Positions 20,137-30,262 of a stretch of DNA of 64,000 bases are shown piece after piece. The first letter of the stretch is position 1; every line of letters starts with the position of its first letter. The position numbers and the translations under genes are program-made. The notes under the pieces were generated by a model. The model did not search any database, had not been told where the DNA came from, and saw only the letters and a program-made list of their open reading frames with translations. Source of the stretch: Alphaproteobacteria bacterium (lineage in GTDB: Bacteria > Pseudomonadota > Alphaproteobacteria > SP197). The stretch lies in assembly GCA_964291265.2 (NCBI GenBank), contig OZ219747.1, positions 608,001 to 672,000 of the forward strand, in the 5' to 3' direction.

Positions 20137-21294
20137 ATGGCTGCTGCCAATCCCCGGACCGAGGTCGATCGTGACATCGACTGCGAAGCCGACGACAGTG
20201 GACTTGCAACCGAGCGTGAAGATTCCAACGAGGTCAGGCAACCCTTCGATCCGGCGAAGATCAAGGTTCGTACCGTCAACGTCGTTGTCGACCAGGTCGT
20301 GTCGCGAATTGCTCATGACGAAATCGACCTGGCCCCGGACTTCCAGCGTGTGCCGGGCATCTGGGACGACAAGCGCAAGAGTCGGCTTGTCGAATCTCTC
20401 CTGCTGCACATCCCGATACCGGTGTTCTACGTAGCGGCGGACGACGAAGAGCGGTGGTCCGTGGTTGACGGTCTCCAGAGGATTTCGACTATATATGTGT
20501 TTGTGAAGGACCGATTCAGATTGAGACAACTTGAATATCTGGACAATCTTAACGGCTGTCGCTACGAAGATCTCCCGCGCCCGATGCAGCGAAGGATCAG
20601 CGAGACGCAGCTTGTCATCAATGTCATCGAACCGGGAACACCGGAAGACGTGATGTTCAACATCTTTCGGCGAATCAATACCGGCGGCATGATGCTCAAC
20701 GGACAGGAGATTCGCCACGCCCTGCATCCCGGCCCCGTACGCGGCTATCTCAAGGAGCTGACGGAAACGGAGGAATTCCGACGCGCCACGAATTGTTCGA
20801 TAAAACCGAACCGCATGGCGGATCGCGAGTGCGTACTTCGATTTCTCGCCTTCCACATCGACCCCTGGGAACGGTACACTGCGAATGATCTCGATGGTTA
20901 CCTCGGTCTTGCGATGAAGAAGATCAATGCGATGAATTCACATGGTCGTGCTCGTCTACTGGATGATTTCAGGAAATCCATGCAGGCGGCGTTCGATATT
21001 TTCGCGGATGATGCATTTCGCAAGCGTCGTGATCCGCAGGATGGACGTCGGCCTGTCAGCAAGGCGCTCTTCGAAGCGTGGGGTGTCGGCCTGGCACGGC
21101 GCTCGCATGAGGATCTCGATATTCTCAAGAAAGATCGGGAGAGAGTTATCAATGAGTTCATTGGGCTGATGAACGAGGATTCGGAGTTCGACCGCGCGAT
21201 ATCCTACACCACCGGATCACCTTCCAGGGTGAAGAAGCGTTTCCGTGCCATTGACGAGCTGATCGAGAAGTGCCTCACGGCGAGCAGAGCATGA
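20137..21294 (+). CDS. DUF262 (ParB-like) protein, Menshen NsnA-like
   Basis: PDFQR..W...RKSRLVESLLL.IPIP, VVDGLQRISTI, IFRRINTGG..LNGQEIR. Confidence 0.88.
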   Translation: MAAANPRTEVDRDIDCEADDSGLATEREDSNEVRQPFDPAKIKVRTVNVVVDQVVSRIAHDEIDLAPDFQRVPGIWDDKRKSRLVESLLLHIPIPVFYVAADDEERWSVVDGLQRISTIYVFVKDRFRLRQLEYLDNLNGCRYEDLPRPMQRRISETQLVINVIEPGTPEDVMFNIFRRINTGGMMLNGQEIRHALHPGPVRGYLKELTETEEFRRATNCSIKPNRMADRECVLRFLAFHIDPWERYTANDLDGYLGLAMKKINAMNSHGRARLLDDFRKSMQAAFDIFADDAFRKRRDPQDGRRPVSKALFEAWGVGLARRSHEDLDILKKDRERVINEFIGLMNEDSEFDRAISYTTGSPSRVKKRFRAIDELIEKCLTASRA

Positions 21295-21311
21295 CGGGGA
21301 GATCATGTCCG

Positions 21312-22427
21312 ATGCTGCGTGTACTCAAGTTGACGAACTTCAAGTGCTTCGAGAGCGCGGAGTTGATGTGCGCCCCGTTGACCCTGTTGTGTGGCCTGAA
21401 TGGAATGGGAAAAAGCAGCGTCATCCAGGCCTTGCTGGTTCTGCGGCAGTCTTTCGCTACCGGCGAGCTGCGCGAAGGGAGACTGGTTCTCGGTGGGGAG
21501 CTGGCGGATCTCGGGACTGACCAGGACGTCCTTTTCGAAAGTGCCGGGACGGATACGGTGGAGTTCGAGCTCCTCCGGGACGACGCGACACCTTGCAGAT
21601 TGTCGTTCGACTACTCGAGAACCGCAGATGAATTGCGAGTCGGCAGCGCAGGGCTCTGGACGGAACCCCTGTCCGAGATCCTCTCGCGGTGGGAGACGGT
21701 TCCACCGATGGGTGGTCATCTGGTCTATGTCAGCGCGGAGCGAATCGGCCCGCGGAAGTTCTACAGTCACTCGGAGGTTCTCGCCCGCCGGGGCGATCTG
21801 GGTACACGCGGCGAATATGCTGCGAACTATCTTCACGCTCAACAGGACGATACTCTGTCGTCATCCGATCCGCGGTGCCCCGACCTGCCGAGTCGAAGTC
21901 TGCGGGGGGTGATCGACCACTGGTTGCGGGAAGTGGCGCCCGGCGCCCATCTTCACCTGGAAGCCGATGCAATGATCGCCGGATACTCGTTCGAACGACC
22001 CGGTGATGTGGAGACCCGACGATACCGCGCAACGAATGTCGGATTCGGACTTTCCTACACGCTGCCGGTGCTGACGGCCCTGCTGGCGCCTGCGGGTACG
22101 ATGTGCCTGATCGAAAATCCGGAAGCCCATCTGCATCCTCGAGGCCAGACCAGGCTGGCCGAGCTTGCCGTTCGCGCCTCGCTTGCCGGCGTGCAGGTCA
22201 TCGCGGAGACGCACAGCGACCACTTCATGGACGGCGTACGCATCGCGGTCCGAGAGGGTCTGATCGGGCCACATGAGACGGCGTTCCATTACTTCGAACG
22301 AGACGGGGGCAAGACCGTGGTGTCTTCGCCCGAAGTGAATGCCGATGGCCGTCTTTCGTCGTGGCCATCAGGATTCTTCGATCAGCATGAGGACAATCTG
22401 TCGAGGCTGATCGCACCGAAGTCCTGA
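21312..22427 (+). CDS. AAA ATPase with C-terminal DUF3696, Menshen NsnB-like
   Basis: NFKCF, GLNGMGKS, NVGFGLSY.LP, IENPEAHLHP, ETHSDH, WPSGFFDQ; alternative ATG at 21291. Confidence 0.9.
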   Translation: MLRVLKLTNFKCFESAELMCAPLTLLCGLNGMGKSSVIQALLVLRQSFATGELREGRLVLGGELADLGTDQDVLFESAGTDTVEFELLRDDATPCRLSFDYSRTADELRVGSAGLWTEPLSEILSRWETVPPMGGHLVYVSAERIGPRKFYSHSEVLARRGDLGTRGEYAANYLHAQQDDTLSSSDPRCPDLPSRSLRGVIDHWLREVAPGAHLHLEADAMIAGYSFERPGDVETRRYRATNVGFGLSYTLPVLTALLAPAGTMCLIENPEAHLHPRGQTRLAELAVRASLAGVQVIAETHSDHFMDGVRIAVREGLIGPHETAFHYFERDGGKTVVSSPEVNADGRLSSWPSGFFDQHEDNLSRLIAPKS

Positions 22428-22428
22428 C

Positions 22429-23371
22429 ATGCGGGAGATGGTGCTCAATCACGCGAGCGTGTCCGCTCCCCACCTGGATCGCGGGTGCGATTGCGGAGTG
22501 GCTGAAGGACATGGCGAGCGGAATGGGTCAGATCGTTCGCCAAAGGGGCGTGCTGAGCAGTCTGCGCATGGCCCGGGAACCCCGTGAAACGCAGTGCATG
22601 CCCGGCTACTCGCTGTTCGACGCCTTCAAGACGCTGCAAAACCGGGGATATCGGGACGAGTCCATGTTTCTTCTGCGGTTGGCGGCGAAGACGCCGCTGT
22701 TGAGCGATGTTGGAGCGGAGATCGAAGATCGATTCCACGCCTGCGAGGAGCAAACCCTGCCCGCGGGTGATGGCGAGCCTCTGGTCCTCTGCGCCATCGC
22801 TGACTGGATAGCGATCGGGTTCCCGTCGGATCCGATCTGGGACCGTGACCGGATCACGATCCGTTTCAGCGAGCTGCTGCCCGACGGGATGATCGGACAA
22901 GCGTCGGAAGAGATCGATCAGCTCACCCGTTCCCTGCACGCCCAACCCACTTGCGTTCGACACCGAGATCGAATCCGCGCGGGCACTAGTCCCGCTGCTT
23001 TCTGGGAGAACCGCGAGGCCATCTTCCCGAGCCTTCTCTTCGGGCCCGATGTCGAGGACAACATCAAGGCTTCGTCGCACTTGTTCCAGACCATCATGAG
23101 GAGGCTGTCGGATCTCGACCGCTCGGCCGAAGTGTGGCAAACCAAGGAAGGGCCTGCGCCTCGCTGGAGAACGAAGGTATCGCCGGAGAGTGCCGAGAAG
23201 ATGAGGCATTCCGCTTTCCGGGCCACACGTCGATTTCGGTCTCGTTCAGGGATGATCGAGACGTTCGAGTGGCATGCCCGTTACGGGAGCCGAGGCCGTA
23301 TCCACCTGCGTTTCGACCCGGAATCCCGGGAAGTCGAAGTCGGATACATCGGACCGCATCTGCCCTCTTGA
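22429..23371 (+). pseudogene. Third gene of Menshen-like operon (RelE-like C-terminus), frameshift near 22483
   Basis: MREMVLNHAS.. starts 2 nt after ATPase stop, shifts +1 into AIAEWLKDMASGM..; ends FEWHARYGSRGRIHLRFD..VEVGYIGPHL. Confidence 0.7.
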
Positions 23372-23667
23372 TTCGGAACCGCGACGTGTGAGCGCCACTA
23401 CGCTGTCCAGGTCCGGGATCCGCGTCCATGCGCGAGGTTGCGAGTGGGATATCCTGCGCGAATTCACCGAAGCGCGAGTGTTCCAGCTCAAGAGCTTGTT
23501 CCTGAAGTCCCATGGTCTCGGCCTCGGGGTCAAGCACGGAACACACACAGAGATCATTCTCCAGGATGACGGGTGCGGTATTTGACAAGAAATCGGCTGA
23601 ACGTGGTTGTGAGCCCTTGTGGAACCCGACGATGAGGAACAGCACCTTGACTTCAGCAACAAGATTC

Positions 23668-24558
23668 TCAGTCCTTCGGGCGTCCGGTCGCTCGCGACCG
23701 CAGGGTCGCTTCGCGGTGGAAGATGTAGACGCCCGATGCGGCGATGACGGCGACGCCCACCAGGGTCCACAGGTCCGGCACCTCGCCGAAGACGACGAGT
23801 CCGGCGATCATGGCAAGGATCATGTGCGCGTAGGTGAAGGGCGCCAGGGCCGAGACCGGGGCGTGACGAAAGGCGTGGATCAGGCAGTAGTGGCCGGTCA
23901 TGGCGCAACCGCCGAGCAGAGCCAGCATCAGCCAGTCGATGGCGCCGGGCGGCGTCCACTGCCCGGGAAGCAGGAGAACCACCAGCGACATGACCGAGGC
24001 GCCGGCCACGTTGTTGTAGGCCATGCTCGTGCGAGCCTCGTCATAGCGATTGACCAGGCGGGTGAGGACATTGTAGGTGGCCATCCCGGCGGCGACCCCG
24101 AGGGGCAGGAAATAGGCCCAGTGGCGTTCCTCGAATCCGGGTCTGAGCACGATCATGACGCCTGCGAAACCCACGACAATCGCCGTCCAGCGGCGGATGC
24201 CGACCTTCTCGCCCAGCACCGGTATGGCGAGCACGGCGGTGATGAAGGGCGCGGCAAAACCGATGGCGACGGCATCGGCCAGGGGAATGTGACTGATGGC
24301 GATGAAGAACGCGCAGGTGACCGAGACCAGCAGGACCGAGCGGGCCATCTGCAGATCGAGGCGCCTGGTGCGCAGGGACGGGAACAAGAGCCGCGGGGAA
24401 ATGAGGAAGGGCAGCAGGACGACGGAAAATACGTACCGTCCCCAGGCAATCTGCAGTGACGGCAGGGTCTGCGTCATGATCTTCGCCAGCGAATCCAGGG
24501 CCACGAAAAAGACAATCGATATCAGGGTGAAGGCGATGCCGCGGGGAATGTTGTCCAA
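23668..24558 (-). CDS. DMT/EamA family transporter
   Basis: About ten hydrophobic segments; PLADAVAIGFAAP, LGEKVGIRRW, LAPFTY..FGEVPD. Confidence 0.92.
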   Translation of the reverse strand: MDNIPRGIAFTLISIVFFVALDSLAKIMTQTLPSLQIAWGRYVFSVVLLPFLISPRLLFPSLRTRRLDLQMARSVLLVSVTCAFFIAISHIPLADAVAIGFAAPFITAVLAIPVLGEKVGIRRWTAIVVGFAGVMIVLRPGFEERHWAYFLPLGVAAGMATYNVLTRLVNRYDEARTSMAYNNVAGASVMSLVVLLLPGQWTPPGAIDWLMLALLGGCAMTGHYCLIHAFRHAPVSALAPFTYAHMILAMIAGLVVFGEVPDLWTLVGVAVIAASGVYIFHREATLRSRATGRPKD

Positions 24559-24737
24559 CGATCACCTCGTCAACCGTCGCAGCCACGCTGCTGTCGTCCA
24601 CGGTAGGACATGCGCATGATAGATGTTGTCGGCAATCCGTGCCATGGCTTCGTGGCACGGCCGGCGCCCGTGATGATCCCGGGAGCCACCTCATTCAGGG
24701 AGTGTGCCGACTTGATCTTCACCGGGCTGTCACGCGG

Positions 24738-25895
24738 GTGATTCGTCTGAGCGCCAAGCAGCGCAGCATCGCGGCGGTCATTGCGAGTGCCTTTGTGGCT
24801 TCTCTGACGTTTTCCATCTGCATGCCCCTGCTGTCGCTCATCCTCGAGCAGCGGGCGACGGCGAGCTGGCTCATCGGTCTCAACAACGCGGCCGGGCCGG
24901 CTGGATTGCTCGTCGCCACGATCTTCATGCCACGGATCGTTGAATGGCTGGGCACGATGCATGCGCTTTATGTCGGTTTCGTGCTCATGGCCGTGTCGAT
25001 CGCCTTCTTGCCCGTCTTCGACAACGTGTGGGCCTGGTTCCCGCTCAGATTTCTGCTCGGTGTCGGCACCGCACTTCACTGGGTCGTCAGCGAGACCTGG
25101 ATCAACACGCTTGCCGACAATCGGAACCGTGGCCGGGTCATGGCCGTCTACGTCACCGCTCTCTCGGCTGCCTATCTTGCCGGGTTGCCGGTGCTGCTTG
25201 CCGTCGGCACCCAGGGGATCCTGCCCTTTGTCATCGTCGTCACGATCATGTGCATTGCCGTCCTGCCTCTCGTTCTGGCGCGCAACCTGGCGCCCCGCAT
25301 CTCCACGCAGGCCGGTTTCGGCCTGCTCGCCGCCGCCAGGCGGGCGCCAGCCACCATGGTGGCAGCCCTCGTCGACGGCGCCGTGATGGGCGCACTCTTC
25401 GTCTTCTTCCTCATCTATGCCGGCCGCCAGTCCTATACGGAGGACCAGGCCATCGTTTTTCTCATCACGATGGCCGCGGGGAACGTGATGCTCCAGTACC
25501 CGGTCGGCATGCTCGCCGACCGGTTCGACAAGCGCATCCTGCTCATCGTCTTCGCCGTTGCCATCTCACTTTTCACCATCGCCTTCCCGTTCGTCCTCCA
25601 CCATCCATGGCTCGTGTGGCCCACGCTCTTCGTGTGGGGCGGCATCATGGGTGGAATCTACACCTGCGGGCTGGCCCAGATCGGCCAGAGATTCAGGCCC
25701 TCCGAACTGGCCCCGGCCAACGCCACGTTCATCTTCGTCTACGAGCTCGGACACCTCGTCGGACCTCCGGCGGCGGGTTACGCCATGGGACTGTGGAATC
25801 CCCACGGCCTCATCGTGTTCTGCGCCGCGGGCGGCATGCTCTTCGCCCTCTTCGCGACCGCGCGTCATCTCATTGTCCGCTCCCGGAACATATGA
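24738..25895 (+). CDS. MFS transporter
   Basis: About twelve hydrophobic segments; SETWIN..NRGRVMAVY, QYPVGMLADRFDKR; start approximate. Confidence 0.88.
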   Translation: MIRLSAKQRSIAAVIASAFVASLTFSICMPLLSLILEQRATASWLIGLNNAAGPAGLLVATIFMPRIVEWLGTMHALYVGFVLMAVSIAFLPVFDNVWAWFPLRFLLGVGTALHWVVSETWINTLADNRNRGRVMAVYVTALSAAYLAGLPVLLAVGTQGILPFVIVVTIMCIAVLPLVLARNLAPRISTQAGFGLLAAARRAPATMVAALVDGAVMGALFVFFLIYAGRQSYTEDQAIVFLITMAAGNVMLQYPVGMLADRFDKRILLIVFAVAISLFTIAFPFVLHHPWLVWPTLFVWGGIMGGIYTCGLAQIGQRFRPSELAPANATFIFVYELGHLVGPPAAGYAMGLWNPHGLIVFCAAGGMLFALFATARHLIVRSRNI

Positions 25896-26982
25896 ACAGG
25901 CGAGAGGCCGCCTGCTCTCCGGAACCCGGCGTTCACCGGTCTCGCGGCGTGGCGGATGACTGCGGGCAGGTGGAGTGGCCGTTGATTCTCCTTTGTGCGG
26001 CCCCGTGAACGAACGACGGAAAGGCTTGGTGATCGTCACCGGTTGCCACGCTCCCGGCCTTTCATGGAAGCATGGTTGCAGACATCCTGACCTGGCCTCG
26101 TTCAATGTCAGGTGGAGACGATTGTGGAGTGTTGCGCGGTCGATGTCATGGACGGCGGAGGCTTGTTCCCGGATGAACGGTCCCGACTGGGTTGAGTTCC
26201 TCGATCAGCGCCAGCGGTGCTCTTGCCGTTGCGTTGCCGGTCAGGCCGAGGGTTGCTGACCCTGAGGATGCCCCTCATGCAGCCGCGCGGGTGGCCTGCA
26301 ACACCCGTCTGAGCAACACCAGCGTCGCCTCTTGATACCGGTAGGTGTTGGCGGTGTCGGAATGGGTCGATCAGCGTCAGCATGTGGCGGCCGACATTCC
26401 GCCGCCCGGTCGTCGAGAGCATGGTCTCAAGCTCAGACGAACCGCGAATCCTGTGCCGTCTGTTCCGAGTTTGGAATGGACGGCACACTTTCCCGTGTGC
26501 TGGCTCTCAGCGAGAGCTTCCCCGTGATCGGGAGCTGCTCGTGTCACACACGCAGGTGCAAACGACCATACGCCATGCTTACACCGTGAAAGTGTCGGGA
26601 TCGCGGGTCGGGGGCGGCATCGGTGACGACACCCCGGGGCGCGGCTCGCGACCCGGAGTCCGTATCAGGCGTGAAGCACGGAAGGGATTGAGACCATGAA
26701 TGCAGTCACGCACATGAATGATGGAACATGCATCGTTGTCCATCACCGGATGGACAACGAGGTCGGCGGGTGGGAACCCGGGCATTGGCCGAGCGCAGGT
26801 TCTTTGGGGATCTCCCGGTAGGGGCGCGGGCGGCTGGACCGATGCTCTCCCCGTTGGCAATGCCCATCGAGCAGCGTGGTGAAACCGTGACGCACGGAAC
26901 GGCTGCATCAGCCGGGAATGGTTCGGTGTAAGGATCCGGTATGGGGCGCGTCGTGGTGCGGATAGGCGTTCACGGGTCCCGC

Positions 26983-28548
26983 TCATGCGATCTCGGCGCG
27001 GATGTCGAGGAGGTTGCGCGCCTCGCGCCCGCAGGCCACGCCGACGAGGTGGACCGGGCCGGCGTGATCGCGGTAGGTCTCGGCATAGCCACGCTCGCGC
27101 ATCTGCGCCAGCGCCGCATCCAGCGCCGCAGCGTCGTCCCCCTCGCCCTCGGCCATCTTGAACTCCAGCACGAAGACCTGACCGCCGAGGCGCACCACCA
27201 TGTCCGCACGGCCGCGGTGCGAGGCCTCCTCCACGCTCAGATCCACCCCGACCGAACGCAGGCACATGTAGAGAAGGCTCGCATACCAGGCCTCGTAGCG
27301 CGCCAGGTCGCCCTTCGCGTGCCACTGGTAGGGAATGCCCGCAAGCCAGGCGCGGAGCTTCTCGCCGAAGCCGGCGAAGTCGTTCGCCTCCAGCAGGGCG
27401 CAGAACTCCCGGCCCCGCTCCAGCGGCTCGACCCCCTTCCTGCTCAGCCAGGCAAGCAGTTCGTCGTTGAGGCTGAGCCGGACCTCGAGGTTGGGATAGT
27501 CCAGCCGGTAGAGGGTCCTGTGGCCTTGCTTCTCCTCTCCCGCGATGGTCAGGTAGCCGGTCTGGAAGAGCAGGGCCTCGATGGCGATGTCGTCGACATC
27601 GAACTTCGAGACCAGGGACGTGCCCGCCAGCCGCCCCTCCAGTTCCATCGGGCTCACCGACTTCTCCATCAGCATGCGGAACAGGAAGTCCGGCGACCCG
27701 GTCTCGAACCAGTAGGGACGGAACTCGCGGCTGTCGAGCAACAGGAGCACGTCATAAGGGTTGTAGACCCGCTCCCCACCCCGCCAGTGGTAGCCGTTGT
27801 ACCAGGTGCGGATCTCCTCGCGGTCCAGTCCGACAAGCTCAGGGGCGAACACGCGGTCGAGATCCTCCTCGCGGTAGCCGCAGATCGTGGCGAAGCGCCG
27901 ATCGAGGCTGATGTCCTTCAGGTTGTTGAGACCCGAGAACAGGCTGACCTTGGAGAACATGCTGACGCCGGTGACGAAGACGAAGCGGACATGCCTGGCG
28001 CTGCCCTTGACGATGCCGTAGAAGCCGCGCAGGTAGTCCCGGTTGGCCGTCGCAAGACCGGGATCGTGAAGCACGTCGAGGATCGGCTTGTCGTACTCGT
28101 CCACCAGCACCACGACCTGCCGGCCGGTGGCGCCGTGCAGGCGGTCAAGAAGATTCCGCAGACGCCTCGGACCGGTATCGGAGGTCCGGGCAGGCGGAAG
28201 ATCATACCCGCGTTCCACGCTCTCCAGTTGCTCGATGATGTCCCCTTCGATCTCGCCGGGCTCGTTGTACTTCCCGTCGAAGCTCAGCCGCACCACCGGA
28301 TGGGGCGCGGACCAGTCCCAGTGGGAATGGATGGCGAGTCCCCGGAACAGGGGTTCGTCACAGGCAAACAGCGACCCCAGGGTGTCGAGCAGCAGGCTCT
28401 TGCCGAAGCGGCGCGGGCGGGACAGGAAGTAGTGCCGCCCCTCGTCCACCAGACGCCGGACGAGCGAGGTCTTGTCGACGTAGTAGAAGTCCTCGCTGCG
28501 GATCGTCGGAAAGTCCTGGATCCCGATCGGAAGACGGCGACGGCTCAT
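26983..28548 (-). CDS. AAA-ATPase-like protein with C-terminal PD-(D/E)XK nuclease domain
   Basis: LPIGIQDF, YYVDKT, SRPRRFGKSL, VDEYDKP, WYNGY, YWFETG, GRADM..VLEFK. Confidence 0.92.
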   Translation of the reverse strand: MSRRRLPIGIQDFPTIRSEDFYYVDKTSLVRRLVDEGRHYFLSRPRRFGKSLLLDTLGSLFACDEPLFRGLAIHSHWDWSAPHPVVRLSFDGKYNEPGEIEGDIIEQLESVERGYDLPPARTSDTGPRRLRNLLDRLHGATGRQVVVLVDEYDKPILDVLHDPGLATANRDYLRGFYGIVKGSARHVRFVFVTGVSMFSKVSLFSGLNNLKDISLDRRFATICGYREEDLDRVFAPELVGLDREEIRTWYNGYHWRGGERVYNPYDVLLLLDSREFRPYWFETGSPDFLFRMLMEKSVSPMELEGRLAGTSLVSKFDVDDIAIEALLFQTGYLTIAGEEKQGHRTLYRLDYPNLEVRLSLNDELLAWLSRKGVEPLERGREFCALLEANDFAGFGEKLRAWLAGIPYQWHAKGDLARYEAWYASLLYMCLRSVGVDLSVEEASHRGRADMVVRLGGQVFVLEFKMAEGEGDDAAALDAALAQMRERGYAETYRDHAGPVHLVGVACGREARNLLDIRAEIA

Positions 28549-29503
28549 CGGTCTCTCCCTTCGCGGCGCCAGGAACCTGCGGCTGATGCGGGCGCGCGGA
28601 ACCTCACCTTGCCGTAGCTCCAAGTGTCCCGGAACGCCACGCTATCCGCCTACCTGACCATGGGCAAGGGGCGGAGGACATGGCCGCGGCAGGGAGTGCC
28701 TGCAGCCCGCTTATCCCGTCAGGCTTTCGGGGCTTTGGTCGATTCCGTCCGGAGGACATCACGACGAATGCGCCACGCGACGTTGCGGTGCATGGTCTCA
28801 TCACGGTTGCCCGGGCGGAGCAGCGTCACCGCGTCCCGCGCGAACCTTCGTTCTCCCGTCCCCCCGCCATCATGTCCCGAGCGGCAGACAACGAGACCCT
28901 TCGTGACCTGAATTCGGGCGGTCAGCGCCAGGGAGCTCCCTTGGGTCGAGAGCATCGATGGCGCGAGTTCGACGGGGAACCGGGTGACGCTCAAGGCGCT
29001 TCTCCTGGCGACCGTTGCGATGCGGCCCCAACTGTTCAGCGTCTTCCTGTTCCCGGAATCCGCCCATGGTTCCCGGCTGTTGTCAGATGCAGCATGGGTC
29101 GATGACAGCAAGCTGTTGATGGCTCGAACGCGATGCACCCACCGGCGGCAACGAGACTGGATCGCAGGCCCACCTTGGGCCGCTGATCGGTGACGCCTTT
29201 CAGCCTGCCATTGATCAGTGACAGATCTTCCCGGCCTGCAGCTCGAGCGGCGCTTGAGAGGCGTCGCCCCCCGAACCGTGGCGCGGCTTTCGGGCAGCAT
29301 CATGGGAAGCACGATACGACGAGGCACGTGCGGAACTTCGCACGGTCGTTGTCGGCTGTTGATGGCGGCCCCTGCATGCGCCACGAACCGCGCGCGGCTG
29401 TCGGTCCCGCAGCGACCGACGACGGTCGGCTGCGGGCACGCTTGCCGTCGAGGTTGCCAAGGAAACGGGCTCCCTCATCGTCCGGGCGGAACAGCGCCGC
29501 TGT

Positions 29504-30262
29504 TCAGCGCCGGGGTCGCAGCACGTGGTGGTGGGTCTCGTCGTAGAGCATGCTTGAACGGAAATCACCTCCTTCGAGGGCGCGCCCGACGAGAATGAGC
29601 GCCGTGCGCGTGATCCGGGCCTGCTTGACCTTGTCGCGGATGTCATCGAGCGTGCCGTGGATCAGCAACTCGTCGGCCCAGCTGACACGGAATGCGACAA
29701 TCACAGGACAGTCGCCTCCGCAGACCGGAACCAGGGTGCGCACCACGCGTGCGAGATTGTTGATCGAAAGATGGATCGCGAGAGTGGCCCCGGTGCGGGC
29801 GAGGTCGGCGAGATTCTCCCCCTCCGGCATGGCGCTCGCCCGCACGGCGGTCCGCGTGAGGATGACCGTCTGCGAGACCTCCGGCAGGGTGAGTTCCCGG
29901 CCGATGGCGGCGGCAGCGGCGGCAAAGGAGGGAACGCCGGGCGTGATGTCCCAGGCGATGCCGAGAGCATCGAGGCGGCGTATCTGCTCGGCGATGGCGC
30001 CGTAGACCGAGGGGTCGCCGGACTGCAGGCGGGCGACATCGTCGCCGGCGTGGCTGGCCCCGGCCATGAGGTCGATGATCTCGTCGAGATGAAGGGGCGC
30101 GGTATCGACGATGCGGGCATCGGCTGCCGCCTCGGCCACCAGGTCGCGGGGCACCAGGGAACCGGCATAGAGCACCAGTGGCGATGAACGGATCAGCCTC
30201 AGTCCACGCACGGTCACGAGGTCGGCCGCACCCGGTCCGGCGCCGATGAAGTGAACGGTCAT
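29504..30262 (-). CDS. cobM: Precorrin-4 C11-methyltransferase (CobM/CbiF)
   Basis: VHFIGAGPGAADLVTVRG, YAGSLV, RLQSGDPSVYGA, ELTLPEVSQT. Confidence 0.93.
   Translation of the reverse strand: MTVHFIGAGPGAADLVTVRGLRLIRSSPLVLYAGSLVPRDLVAEAAADARIVDTAPLHLDEIIDLMAGASHAGDDVARLQSGDPSVYGAIAEQIRRLDALGIAWDITPGVPSFAAAAAAIGRELTLPEVSQTVILTRTAVRASAMPEGENLADLARTGATLAIHLSINNLARVVRTLVPVCGGDCPVIVAFRVSWADELLIHGTLDDIRDKVKQARITRTALILVGRALEGGDFRSSMLYDETHHHVLRPRR

Noticed and set aside
23491-23509. agagcttgttcctgaagtc as an IS5-like terminus
   Set aside because: No partner IR, TSD or transposase
26005-26060. KGLVIVTGCHAPG resembling an MBL-fold hydrolase motif
   Set aside because: Too short; flanks not alignable
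28900-28920. gtgacctgaattcggg as an IS1380-like end
   Set aside because: Only loose similarity to 11816-11830; no second end found
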